64,000 bases of DNA from Macrostomum lignano (lineage: Eukaryota), in contig NIVC01000232.1 of the NCBI GenBank assembly GCA_002269645.1, positions 388,297-452,296 of the forward strand. Reading direction: 5' to 3'. Below the pieces are notes generated by a model that was not told the DNA's origin, made no database searches, and saw nothing but the letters and a program-made list of their open reading frames with translations. The translations under genes were made by a program, and so were the position numbers. Positions 24,854 through 38,900 of the stretch are shown in pieces; position 1 is the first letter of the stretch; each line of letters opens with the position of its first letter.

Positions 24854-27397
24854 TGCAACATTATTTTGATATTTCTACTCTGTCTATAAAATGACAAAAC
24901 TTTTTAACCCTCTTGTAGATGCTAAAGTTTTTGTAGAATAAAAGAAATTTTCTAATTACAAATTAAAAAAGAACACAATATTTCAAAACACATTGCATCA
25001 TAAAATAAAAAACAAACTTTTAAATTTTTTTTTAAAATTTCATTATCTTTGTAAAGAAGGTATAATATACATTTTATTTAATTAAATGATGATATAATAA
25101 ATGATAATATTAAATATTTCCCCTAAGGGGGACACCAATGGGGGACACCTAAGGGGAATTTCTTAAGTGTCAAGGAAAATAGAATTCAAAAAAAATAATT
25201 TTTTGTCTCTTGCCTATTTATTGGGCGCTCCTAAGAGGGGGCACTAGTTAATGAAGACAAAGTCTTTTCGCCCAGTGAGCTTTGGGGTTGGAATTTTATA
25301 ATACCTAGTGTTGTATCGATTATTTAAAGACTTTCAAGGCATTATTAACGCTGATGCTCCTAATATTTTGCGTCGTGTCATACATAAAGTTAGCCTAATA
25401 GATAAAGTAGGGCGAGAGTTGTAAAATGTCTCTAACGTCAAATGATTTATAGGAAGGGAATTAGGGATGTCGATTCCCCAGGGAATTATCTTATCGGGGA
25501 CCCCGGTGAAAAGAAAAAATAAGTAAAAACGGCGGATCACTTAAATTGTAAGTGGAATTTTTTAAACTTTGATTTAAGCTTTGTACTACATGTTCAAGGC
25601 GCAGGGGTAAAAATTTTAAACAATGTTTTTTAAACTGTATTTGACAATGTGGCATCACGAAATCGTGCGCGCACCTTTATCGGAAAAGTGCATTTGTTGG
25701 AATGCATGCTAAACAGCTACGCTCGTGAGAGGATAATTAATGAATGAGACTGTTTTTATAATCGGAATTTTATTTCTTGCATATATATGTAAATCACCAT
25801 TTTGTCCTTGTCTAATAGGGAGTATATGTATGACACCCCCCTATGCGTCAGTGCCTGACGCATGACGCAGCGCTGCGCCTGCGTCAAGCCGTCAACGCAG
25901 ACCAACACAGCAGTCACTAGTCAGTAAGGCTTCTTTTTCCTGACGGGTTTCTTTTCTACGTGCAATTTGCTTGATTGAATGACTTATTAGTGAAAAAACA
26001 ATCAAACGTGTGTTGTGTTTCAAATACATGTAATGCATTGAAATAAGCAATTATGCGGTAAAAGAGCATAGACAGAGTTTCAATCAGCTTTCTGTGAATC
26101 AGTTTCTTATTTTAATGGCAAAAATTAAGTTACAAATGCATTTTTTCATATTTTTTCTCCCCAGGGTCCCCGGTTAAATTCCCCGGAGAGTATTCCCCGA
26201 CAAGCTCCCCGGGGAGCACTCCCGGGGTCAACATCCCTAGAAGGGAAACTACGAGCATAAGTTCTGCAACACATATACAAGTAGCTAAGCATTAATAGAC
26301 GCACTGCACCGATAAAATGTAATGGAATTGCTCGAATCACCGACACCAAGACCCATAAAACTGGAGAAACTGGCAGGATATAGTAGATACATGTAGGTCA
26401 GAATCAGAAGTGATCATGGGTGGGTGGGTCAAGTGATCATGGGTTCGACCTCGATTGTATTATTCCTTCTTAATCTTATGCAATTAATTGTAAATTAGGT
26501 ATGAAGTAACAGTAATTATCCTTGACCATGCTAGAGTAAAGACAAGTCAAAGTCAAGTTAATAAAAATAGACACACAGTGTAACAATAACAATGGTTTTT
26601 AGAGCCATTTTTCTTGTCTGTGTTTGTCTTTGTACATACATGTACATTTGGGAAGACTTATCTGGACCCAATCCCTTCTTATTCTACATGTACGCTGTTT
26701 TGGGTATGGGGGTTAGAGTTGGGCCGTCTGACACCCCCCTCCCCCCCCCTACCATAGTGGACTGGAGAGAAAGAAGCACATGCTATCGCTATTGGCTAGC
26801 CTGTCGTTCTCTTTCTCTTTACCTTCTGTCTTGTGTAGCGTACACTATCCAATGCACAAGGCCCAACTTTCCACTAAAGGAAGGTTCATATAGTCCGCCC
26901 ATGGGCTTCCTCTTGCTTTCGCGTACACTCAAGGCCACTCACTCTCAACACCAGCCACTAGAGGCTTGTTTTAAATAATCGATCGATAATATTAAATGTA
27001 CACTTGAAAGCTTGCTTTGGATCCTAGCAGAAGGGGGAGAAAGTGGCCAAGGCCACCACACCCCACAAGGCAGGCAGGCCGGCCCGAGTGCGATAACGAA
27101 TGACAAAAAAATAGAAAAGTACAATTTACACATCAACTTTCAATACAATAAATACAATAATAGGTACGGTATTAATGACAGTGTATTTTCGCACAAAGTA
27201 GCTACGTTCAAACCACCAGCACGTAAACAGCTAAAATTTCACTGTTTATGACCAACAAAGGATTTGTATCAAAACTATCAATACACCTGGCTTGTACTTT
27301 CTCTTCTACTCCCTATGCATATACAATACATGTTCCCATATTAAATCCCGATTAGCCTTTTACAGCGACGATACACTATATGCAAACAAAAATCAGG

Positions 27398-30300
27398 TCA
27401 ACCAGAATGATCTGACAGTTTCACCGCAACAGAGTCGCCAGTCTGGATGGCATCACCGCCAACGCCGGACAAACCGCTGCTACTTGGCTTCGGCGTTGGC
27501 TGAACAGTCTTAGTTTGCACCGACAGTCGGGCCACCCCAAACTTGGCATAGGCAAAGATAGCGGCAATAACCAGGGAAGTTCCCAGCACAAACTGCGGAC
27601 TCAACTGGAAGTTGAACATGTAGATTGAAAATATGCACGCAATGATGATGGCGGCGGATGTTGCAAATCCTTTAATGATATTGTCGAGATATTTCACTAC
27701 AACGGCTACTACAAGGCCGCCAACGCTCTGCAGTAAGATGACGAACAGCACCCAGCCGTCGTAACCATACAGGAATCCTTTGTTCATCAGCATGGAGCCG
27801 TCATTAATATAAGCGGTTGCCACGCCGAATAGCACGCCTTCAAATGCAAGCTGAACATTGCGCCACCATAGCGACTTCTCCGTGTTCTTGAGCATGAACT
27901 CAAAGTAAACACCAGCGAAGCCTGCGCGAGTTGGAAGGGCTCTGGAATGTATCTAACACACGAAAGTGTATATCTAAAATATGCAACTGTGTATTTAACA
28001 TATACAATTATGTATCTAACAAGTAAGAGATGTGTCTAACAGGTAAGAGATGTATCTAACAAGTAAGAGAAGTGTCTAACAGGTAAGAGATGTATCTAAC
28101 AAGTAAGAGAAGTGTCTAACAGGTAAGATATGTATCTAACAGATAAGAGATGTATCTTAAAGCCGTAAAAGGTAGGAGAAGTGTCTAACAGATATGTCTA
28201 TCAGCTGTAAAAGATGTTTCTAACAGATGAGAGATGTGTCTAACAGGTAAGAGTTGTGTCTAACAGGTAAGAGATGTGTCTAACAAGTCAGAGATGTGTC
28301 TAACAGGTAAGAGATGTGTCTAACAGGTAAGAGATGTGTCTAACAAGTCAGAGATGTGTCGAACAGGTATAACAGAGAAATCAACAGAAACCAAGAAACC
28401 AAGGCTATGAAATTGAAAACATTTACTTTAATAATATCATATACGCTAAAACTACTTGTGCGCAATGCGCATAGTTTGACGAAGAAATCAGGTCAAAACA
28501 GTAAGAGGAAGTAGAGAGACGGGGTGCTTGACAAAAACCTAACACAATCGGAGGCAATATAAGACCGCCTATTCAGGCAGCTAGCAGCTGAACAAACATA
28601 CGGTAGGGAATATTGGATCAGAAATTCTCAATAAGTCGTGGGTGGGTGCGAGTGAACCTTTACCGGCAAAGAATAAGCTGTTGACTTATAGTTTTATAGA
28701 CAGAATCATAAGAGTCAATAATTGACTTTGCACTGACTGACTGACTGACAATCAAAATGATTCACTGACAAACCCAACACACTGACAGAGTGACTCACTG
28801 ACAAACCCAACACACTGACAGAGTGACTCACTGACAAACCCAACACACTGACTGAGTGACTCACTGACATACCCAACACACTGACAGAGTGACTCACTGA
28901 CAAACCCAACACACTTACAGAGTGACTCACTGACAAACCCAACACACTGACAGAGTGACTCACTGACAAACCCAACACACTGACAGAGTGACTCACTGAC
29001 AAACCTAACACACTGACAGAGTGACTCACTGACAAACCCAACACACTGACAGAGTGACTCACTGACAAACCTAACACACTGACAGAGTGACTCACTGACA
29101 AACCCAACACACTGACAGAGTGACTCACTGACAAACCTAACACACTGACAGAGTGACTCACTGACAAACCCAACACACTGACAGAGTGACTCACTGACAA
29201 ACCTAACACACTGACAGAGTGACTCACTGACAAACCTAACACACTGACTGAGTGACTCACTGACAAACCTAACACACTGACAGAGTGACTCACTGACAAA
29301 CCTAACACACTGACAGAGTGACTCACTGACAAACCCAACACACTGACAGAGTGACTCACTGACAAACCTAACACACTGACAGAGTGACTCACTGAAAAAC
29401 CCAACACACTGACAGAGTGACTCACTGACAAACCTAACACACTGACTGAGTGACTCACTGACAAACCCAACACACTGACAGAGTGACTCACTGACAAACC
29501 TAACACACTGACAGAGTGACTCACTGACAAACCCAACACACTGACAGAGTGACTCACTGACAAACCTAACACACTGACAGAGTGACTCACTGACAAACCT
29601 AACACACTGACTGAGTGACTCACTGACAAACCTAACACACTGACAGAGTGACTCACTGACAAACCTAACACACTGACAGAGTGACTCACTGACAAACCCA
29701 ACACACTGACAGAGTGACTCACTGACAAACCTAACACACTGACAGAGTGACTCACTGAAAAACCCAACACACTGACAGAGTGACTCACTGACAAACCTAA
29801 CACACTGACTGAGTGACTCACTGACAAACCCAACACACTGACAGAGTGACTCACTGACAAACCCAACACACTGACAGAGTGACTCACTGACAAACCTAAC
29901 ACACTGACAGAGTGACTCACTGACAAACCTAACACACTGACAGAGTGACTCACTGACAAACCTAACACACTGACAGAGTGACTCACTGACAAACCCAACA
30001 CACTGACAGAGTGACTCACTGACAAACCCAACACACTGACAGAGTGACTCACTGACAAACCTAACACACTGACTGAGTGACTCACTGACAAACCTAACAC
30101 ACTGACAGAGTGACTCACTGACAAACCTAACACACTGACAGAGTGACTCACTGACAAACCCAACACACTGACAGAGTGACTCACTGACAAACCCAACACA
30201 CTGACAGAGTGACTCACTGACAAACCCAACACACTGACAGAGTGACTCACTGACAAACCCAACACACTGACAGAGTGACTCACTGACAAACCTAACACAC

Positions 30301-33300
30301 TGACTGAGTGACTCACTGACAAACCTAACACACTGACAGAGTGACTCACTGACAAACCTAACACACTGACAGAGTGACTCACTGACAAACCCAACACACT
30401 GACAGAGTGACTCACTGACAAACCCAACACACTGACTGAGTGACTCACTGACAAACCTAACACACTGACAGAGTGACTCACTGACAAACCTAACACACTG
30501 ACAGAGTGACTCACTGACAAACCCAACACACTGACAGAGTGACTCACTGACAAACCCAACACACTGACAGAGTGACTCACTGACAAACCCAACACACTGA
30601 CAGAGTGACTCACTGACAAACCCAACACACTGACAGAGTGACTCACTGACAAACCCAACACACTGACTGAGTGACTCACTGACAAACCTAACACACTGAC
30701 AGAGTGACTCACTGACAAACCCAACACACTGACAGAGTGACTCACTGACAAACCCAACACACTGACAGAGTGACTCACTGACAAACCCAACACACTGACA
30801 GAGTGACTCACTGACAAACCCAACACACTGACAGAGTGACTCACTGACAAACCTAACACACTGACTGAGTGACTCACTGACAAACCTAACACACTGACAG
30901 AGTGACTCACTGACAAACCTAACACACTGACAGAGTGACTCACTGACAAACCCAACACACTGACAGAGTGACTCACTGACAAACCCAACACACTGACAGA
31001 GTGACTCACTGACAAACCCAACACACTGACTGAGTGACTCACTGACAAACCTAACACACTGACAGAGTGACTCACTGACAAACCCAACACACTGACAGAG
31101 TGACTCACTGACAAACCCAACACACTGACAGAGTGACTCACTGACAAACCTAACACACTGACAGAGTGACTCACTGACAAACCCAACACACTGACAGAGT
31201 GACTCACTGACAAACCTAACACACTGACTGAGTGACTCACTGACAAACCCAACACACTGACAGAGTGACTCACTGACAAACCCAACACACTGACAGAGTG
31301 ACTCACTGACAAACCTAACACACTGACAGAGTGACTCACTGACAAACCCAACACACTGACAGAGTGACTCACTGACAAACCCAACACACTGACAGAGTGA
31401 CTCACTGACAAACCTAACACACTGACAGAGTGACTCACTGACAAACCCAACACACTGACAGAGTGACTCACTGACAAACCCAACACACTGACAGAGTGAC
31501 TCACTGACAAACCTAACACACTGACAGAGTGACTCACTGACAAACCTAACACACTGACAGAGTGACTCACTGACAAACCCAACACACTGACAGAGTGACT
31601 CACTGACAAACCCAACACACTGACAGAGTGACTCACTGACAAACCTAACACACTGACAGAGTGACTCACTGACAAACCCAACACACTGACAGAGTGACTC
31701 ACTGACAAACCCAACACACTGACAGAGTGACTCACTGACAAACCCAACACACTGACAGAGTGACTCACTGACAAACCCAACACACTGACAGAGTGACTCA
31801 CTGACAAACCCAACACACTGACACAGTGACTCACTGACAAACCCAACACACTGACACAGTGACTCACTGACAAACCCAACACACTGACAGAGTGACTCAC
31901 TGACAAACCTAACACACTGACACAGTGACTCACTGACAAACCCAACACACTGACAGAGTGACTCACTGACAAACCCAACACACTGACAGAGTGACTCACT
32001 GACAAACCCAACACACTGACAGAGTGACTCACTGACAAACCCAACACACTGACAGAGTGACTCACTGACAAACCCAACACACTGACTGAGTGGCTCAGTT
32101 GAAACGCAGACAATCAGATTGATACAGCTTAAACAATGATTTATAACAGATGAATTGAATTTCTTACCTGACATCAGACACGCTACAACCACAGCCAGCA
32201 ATCCCAGCAAAGGATTCTGTTCCACGCCAACTTTATTATAATGTTTAACAGTCTGCAACTGCACAATGGCGACGCCAGCAAACAGGGCCACCAAGCTGAC
32301 CCATTGTATTTTGCTCAACGCTTTACGGAGAATTATAACCGAAAAGAATGCCGTAGTGAGCAGTTTCAACTGGTAGGTGACCTGGGGTGTTGGTGAATTT
32401 GGTGAATGTGCAAGTAAACACGCTTTCTCCATCAAACAGCCCCTGTCTTTAAGTACCTTTTCCTTCAAACACTATCTGTCTTTAAGCGCCTTTTCCTTTA
32501 AACAGCCCCTGTCTTTAAGCGCATTTTCCTTTAAACAGCCCCTGTCTTTAAGCGCCTTTTCTTTCTAACAGCCGCTGTCTTTAAGCGCCTTTTCTTTCTA
32601 ACAGCCCCTGTCTTATAGCGTTTTTCCATTCAAACAGCCCCTGTCTTTAAGTACCTTTTCCATTAAAACACTATCTGTCTTTAAGCGCGTTTTCCTTTAA
32701 ACAGCCCCTGTCTTTAAGCGCCTTTTCCTTTAAACAGCCCCTGTCTTTAAGCGCCTTTTCTTTCTAACAGCCGCTGTCTTTAAGCGCCTTTTCTTTCTAA
32801 CAGCCGCTGTCTTTGAGCGCCTTTTCCTTCAAACAGCCCCTGTCTTTAAGCGCCTTTTCCTTCAAACAGCCCCTGTCTTTGAGCGCCTTTTCCTTCAAAC
32901 AGCCCTAGTCTTTAAGCGCTTCCTCCCTTCAAACAGCCCTAGTCTTTAAGCGCTTCCTCCCTTCAAACAGCCCTAGTCTTTAAGCGCTTCCTCCCTTCAA
33001 ACAGCCCCAGTCTTTAAGCGCTTCTTCCCTTCAAACAGCCTCAGTCTTTAAGCGCTTCCTCCCGTCAAACAGCCCCAGTCTTTAAGCGCTTCCTTCCTTC
33101 AAACAGCCCCAGTCTTTAAGCGCTTCCTCCCTTAAAACAGCCCCAGTCTTTAAGCGCTTCCTCCCTTCAAATAGCCCCAGTCTTTAAGCGCTTCCTTCCT
33201 TCAAACAGCCCCAGTCTTTAAGCGCTTCCTCCCTTCAAACAGCCCCAGTCTTTAAGCGCTTCCTCCCTTAAAACAGCCCCAGTCTTTAAGCGCTTCCTCC

Positions 33301-33859
33301 CTTCAAATAGCCCCAGTCTTTAAGCGCTTCCTTCCTTCAAACAGCCCCAGTCTTTAAGCGCTTCCTTCCTTCAAACAGCCCCAGTCTTTAAGCGCTTCCT
33401 CCCTTCAAACAGCCCCAGTCTTTAAGCGCTTCCTTCCTTCAAACAGCCCCTGTCTTTAAGCGCTTCCTCCCTTAAAACAGCCCGTATTTAAACGCCAAAC
33501 TGCCAGACTAAGCTCACCTGATAAGTAACAGCATCAAGGTTACTAATAGCAACATAGAGCAGATTATTTTGCAGCACATATATCACAGCTGGTACAGATA
33601 TTTTCAAACAGTCAATAGGATCTCCATATGTATTTTTAATGAGAAAATCGCTGAATGATTTCATAGAGCCGCACTCCCAGGCCACCAAGCCGCAGGACAC
33701 AAAGAATTTCACCACCTCAGAGCAGACAACAGCAGTAGATGAGAAGAACATATCCCCAGGTCTGGTGCGAATGTAGCGCATCACAAGAATCAATGACACA
33801 TTTTGCAATGTTAAAATAATCAATGTTGAAACTTTTATTAATTGATTATTTCCAGCCAT
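27398..33859 (-). CDS. SLC35A-family nucleotide-sugar transporter, copy 2, intact, about 359 aa
   Basis: Exons 33859-33518, 32381-32168, 27921-27398 (342+214+524 = 1080 nt, open); canonical GT-AG; same SLC35A1-3 motifs. The start may be the upstream in-frame MPDQ ATG. Confidence 0.92.
28012..28372. repeat. 20-bp minisatellite, SLC35A intron 2, copy 2
   Basis: Duplicate of 16935-17295. Confidence 0.9.
28761..32091. repeat. 33-bp minisatellite, SLC35A intron 2, copy 2
   Basis: Duplicate; the translated ORFs are the same length and sequence. Confidence 0.98.
32426..33481. repeat. 34-bp minisatellite, SLC35A intron 1, copy 2
   Basis: Duplicate of 21350-22405. Confidence 0.95.
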
Positions 33860-34555
33860 GGTAACCAATTGATCTGGCATGTGATATGCAACTTTGTTGC
33901 TTATCTGTTTGTCATGCATAATAATATGAAATATAGATGAAAATTATGCACAGGCAAATTGAATAATTGAATTGATTGAATATTTTGTTATAATATTTAA
34001 TTAGTATCAATTTTAATATTAGACCTTTGAAAATCTAATTAAAATTTATAAAAATTATCTAATTGCCAAAATTATAACTTCTTATATAAAAGTTTATATT
34101 AGTTCTTTTTTAAATCTATCCTATCAAAAAACTGACGATGACAATCTTTTTATGGCTTTGACTTTTAATTTGGCCATACCAATATGAAAATGGTTCTAGG
34201 GAACATATTGTTACCATGAAATTTATACTTGTATCTATAGTTAACATGTTTTTCAAAGAGTCTATGTGTCTCTCTCAGAGGCCTAGTATAGTATAGTTTT
34301 ATAATGGACCCTCTGGATTAGCCTTGAATTGATTGGATTCTTAGCTAGTTAGCATTTTTAACTAACTTAGTTGCATCAATAACTAGGTGTAAGTCATCCA
34401 TTGTTGCTATCTTTGGCAAATTATCTGGTTAGAATACTCAAAAGTAAATAGGTCTAACTTGAAATACAACTCTCTATGTTAATATAGTCTATAGCAATAT
34501 TCATTTAGGGCTTCTTATAATAAAATTCATTAGATAGAAAGCAATTTATAACTTT

Positions 34556-35929
34556 AGGGGTTTAGGGCCATCTTTAGGTCATAGAATATATCTACTTAAG
34601 GGTTAGAAAGTCAAGGCCTTGAAAATGACTCTTGTAGTATATGGCCTACTATTAGCACCACCTAGGAGAAAGTTGAGGCAGTAACCAATTTGCTTGATAA
34701 GGATTGCCAAATTCAAGTTGCCACAATTGCCTAACCTGTGGCCATCTTAGCTAGGTCAGTGAATAAGATCATATGCCAAATCCTAAAATACAATAAGATT
34801 AGTGCCTGATAAGTATCCCAAATGCTTTCATAGGACCACAAGCAAAACTGGCTTAGCTCTTGCTGGCTTATGCTAGACTTTTGCAACGAGAACCCAGATG
34901 GATTTAAGTGACAAATCATAACTGAAAATGAATACTGGATCTACTACTTTGATCCTAAGTTTAGGCAAGATTCCATAGACTGGCAGCATTCTACCTAGGG
35001 AAGGGGCCCTACAAGTTCAAGCAAGCAAAAATTAGCTAGCAAGCTCTTAGCCTCTTAGCCTGTTTCTTTTGGGACTATCAAGGAATCCTACTTGCCAAGT
35101 ACTTGCTTATTGGGCACATTGCCATAGGTATCTGGTATGCTGAATAGCTAGGCTAGCTTTATTATGCAGTTGTCCAGAAGAAACAGGGAAGGTAAATGCT
35201 GCCCCCTTTCCTCTATTGCTTCATAACAATACCTCAGTTCACACTGCCCATGGTTGCAATTAATGCTGCCACTACTGTGGGGTTTGAAATCCTTATCTAT
35301 CTGGCTTATTCATTAGAGGTCAGACGGGATTGAAATCTTTGGGCGGGATTGAGATAGGGATTCAGGAATTGGGATCAGGTCTTTTAATGTATTGTCCATA
35401 TAAAGTTAAACAAAATTGAGAAAAGATTGTCAAGATCAAAAAGTAAAACACAACAAAATTGATATGAAGTTTTATAACCAACAAAATAAATAATGTAACG
35501 AGTACAAGTTAAAGCAAAATACCTTCAAGCAATCACTAATACTAATTGTCTAATTCTATAAATTTTAATCAAAAGACCTTTTCTTGAATCTTGAGTTTTT
35601 TAGGGTCAGGATTCTGGTCCCGCGGGAATTCAATTTTCCTTGGGATCCCAAGATTTTGGGATTGGGATCGGGATCCCATCGGACCTCTACTATTCACTAG
35701 ACCTGGCACACCCAATTTCTATCTATTTTCCCATCAGCATAAGCAGCTACTCTGTAGGGCCTAGGCACTATTTTGAGTTTAACAAAGGGGTCATCAACCT
35801 TGCCAACTAGTGGCTAGAGGACCAACTAGCCAAGTTCTACACTAGTGATATCCGGGTACTGCTCAACCAATGGCACTATGGCAGAAATGTATTGATTGCC
35901 AAGGCCAAGGGGACTATATTCAAAAATAA
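34556..35929 (+). mobile_element. Decayed mariner relic, copy 2 (within the duplication)
   Basis: Same as 23480-24853 offset by 11076. Confidence 0.85.
35314..35689. mobile_element. MITE family B, copy 2 (within the duplication)
   Basis: Same as 24238-24613 offset by 11076. Confidence 0.75.
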
Positions 35930-38900
35930 TGCAACATTATTTTGATATTTCTACTCTGTCTATAAAATGACAAAACTTTTTAACCCTCTTGTAGATGCTA
36001 AAGTTTTTGTAGAATAAAAGAAATTTTCTAATTACAAATTAAAAAAGAACACAATATTTCAAAACACATTGCATCATAAAATAAAAAACAAACTTTTAAA
36101 TTTTTTTTTAAAATTTCATTATCTTTGTAAAGAAGGTATAATATACATTTTATTTAATTAAATGATGATATAATAAATGATAATATTAAATATTTCCCCT
36201 AAGGGGGACACCAATGGGGGACACCTAAGGGGAATTTCTTAAGTGTCAAGGAAAATAGAATTCAAAAAAAATAATTTTTTGTCTCTTGCCTATTTATTGG
36301 GCGCTCCTAAGAGGGGGCACTAGTTAATGAAGACAAAGTCTTTTCGCCCCAGTGAGCTTTGGGGTTGGAATTTTATAATACCTAGTGTTGTATCGATTAT
36401 TTAAAGACTTTCAAGGCATTATTAACGCTGATGCTCCTAATATTTTGCGTCGTGTCATACATAAAGTTAGCCTAATAGATAAAGTAGGGCGAGAGTTGTA
36501 AAATGTCTCTAACGTCAAATGATTTATAGGAAGGGAATTAGGGATGTCGATTCCCCAGGGAATTATCTTATCGGGGACCCCGGTGAAAAGAAAAAATAAG
36601 TAAAAACGGCGGATCACTTAAATTGTAAGTGGAATTTTTTAAACTTTGATTTAAGCTTTGTACTACATGTTCAAGGCGCAGGGGTAAAAATTTTAAACAA
36701 TGTTTTTTAAACTGTATTTGACAATGTGGCATCACGAAATCGTGCGCGCACCTTTATCGGAAAAGTGCATTTGTTGGAATGCATGCTAAACAGCTACGCT
36801 CGTGAGAGGATAATTAATGAATGAGACTGTTTTTATAATCGGAATTTTATTTCTTGCATATATATGTAAATCACCATTTTGTCCTTGTCTAATAGGGAGT
36901 ATATGTATGACACCCCCCTATGCGTCAGTGCCTGACGCATGACGCAGCGCTGCGCCTGCGTCAAGCCGTCAACGCAGACCAACACAGCAGTCACTAGTCA
37001 GTAAGGCTTCTTTTTCCTGACGGGTTTCTTTTCTACGTGCAATTTGCTTGATTGAATGACTTATTAGTGAAAAAACAATCAAACGTGTGTTGTGTTTCAA
37101 ATACATGTAATGCATTGAAATAAGCAATTATGCGGTAAAAGAGCATAGACAGAGTTTCAATCAGCTTTCTGTGAATCAGTTTCTTATTTTAATGGCAAAA
37201 ATTAAGTTACAAATGCATTTTTTCATATTTTTTCTCCCCAGGGTCCCCGGTTAAATTCCCCGGAGAGTATTCCCCGACAAGCTCCCCGGGGAGCACTCCC
37301 GGGGTCAACATCCCTAGAAGGGAAACTACGAGCATAAGTTCTGCAACACATATACAAGTAGCTAAGCATTAATAGACGCACTGCACCGATAAAATGTAAT
37401 GGAATTGCTCGAATCACCGACACCAAGACCCATAAAACTGGAGAAACTGGCAGGATATAGTAGATACATGTAGGTCAGAATCAGAAGTGATCATGGGTGG
37501 GTGGGTCAAGTGATCATGGGTTCGACCTCGATTGTATTATTCCTTCTTAATCTTATGCAATTAATTGTAAATTAGGTATGAAGTAACAGTAATTATCCTT
37601 GACCATGCTAGAGTAAAGACAAGTCAAAGTCAAGTTAATAAAAATAGACACACAGTGTAACAATAACAATGGTTTTTAGAGCCATTTTTCTTGTCTGTGT
37701 TTGTCTTTGTACATACATGTACATTTGGGAAGACTTATCTGGACCCAATCCCTTCTTATTCTACATGTACGCTGTTTTGGGTATGGGGGTTAGAGTTGGG
37801 CCGTCTGACACCCCCCTCCCCCCCCCTACCATAGTGGACTGGAGAGAAAGAAGCACATGCTATCGCTATTGGCTAGCCTGTCGTTCTCTTTCTCTTTACC
37901 TTCTGTCTTGTGTAGCGTACACTATCCAATGCACAAGGCCCAACTTTCCACTAAAGGAAGGTTCATATAGTCCGCCCATGGGCTTCCTCTTGCTTTCGCG
38001 TACACTCAAGGCCACTCACTCTCAACACCAGCCACTAGAGGCTTGTTTTAAATAATCGATCGATAATATTAAATGTACACTTGAAAGCTTGCTTTGGATC
38101 CTAGCAGAAGGGGGAGAAAGTGGCCAAGGCCACCACACCCCACAAGGCAGGCAGGCCGGCCCGAGTGCGATAACGAATGACAAAAAAATAGAAAAGTACA
38201 ATTTACACATCAACTTTCAATACAATAAATACAATAATAGGTACGGTATTAATGACAGTGTATTTTCGCACAAAGTAGCTACGTTCAAACCACCAGCACG
38301 TAAACAGCTAAAATTTCACTGTTTATGAAATTTTATAAAATTTAACACATCATTTTAGATATTGAAAACTTTTAAAGGAGGGTATTACTGTTGCATGTGA
38401 CTATAAAATCGTGGTAGGTATAGCTGATGATGAAACTGGTGATTGGTATCTAGCTTTTTTGATAACTTAGCCGGTTAGACCCCGAAATAGCTATTGTAAT
38501 TTGTAACGCTGGAGCCAAATACAAATACAATGGAGCAATTAGTTTCTCTCAAATCTGTCTCTGCCAGTGCCAGTTTAGTCCATAGTAAGTAACCAAAGTA
38601 AAATACCCATTAGTGGTCCCGTTTCTAATGTTTATAAATATTAAGCTTCAGTTTACTTTTGGCACAGTATGCAATTTTGAAAATTCACCCTAATAACGGT
38701 TTGCACCAGCAGGAAAGCAACTATTTTGTTGTTGGAAATCGGATTAAGCAGTCAAAAGAGTGTATTTCTATGAAAAAAGGTACTTTTTTCCATTTTTTCA
38801 AATATTTAAACAGGTTTCGCTCTTTCAATAAAAAATCATCGCAGTACCTTAAAGTACAGTTAGTTTGGAATTAGATGACGGCGTTGAATTGTTTCTTCCA

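Larger units (their letters stand above)
16175..38327. repeat. Head-to-tail tandem segmental duplication, about 11.08 kb x 2 (16175-27250, 27251-38327)
   Basis: Junction ..actgtttatg|accaacaaagg.. at 27250/27251. The ORF track repeats with an 11076-11077 offset. The only differences I noticed are 1-nt indels in short runs. Confidence 0.97.
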
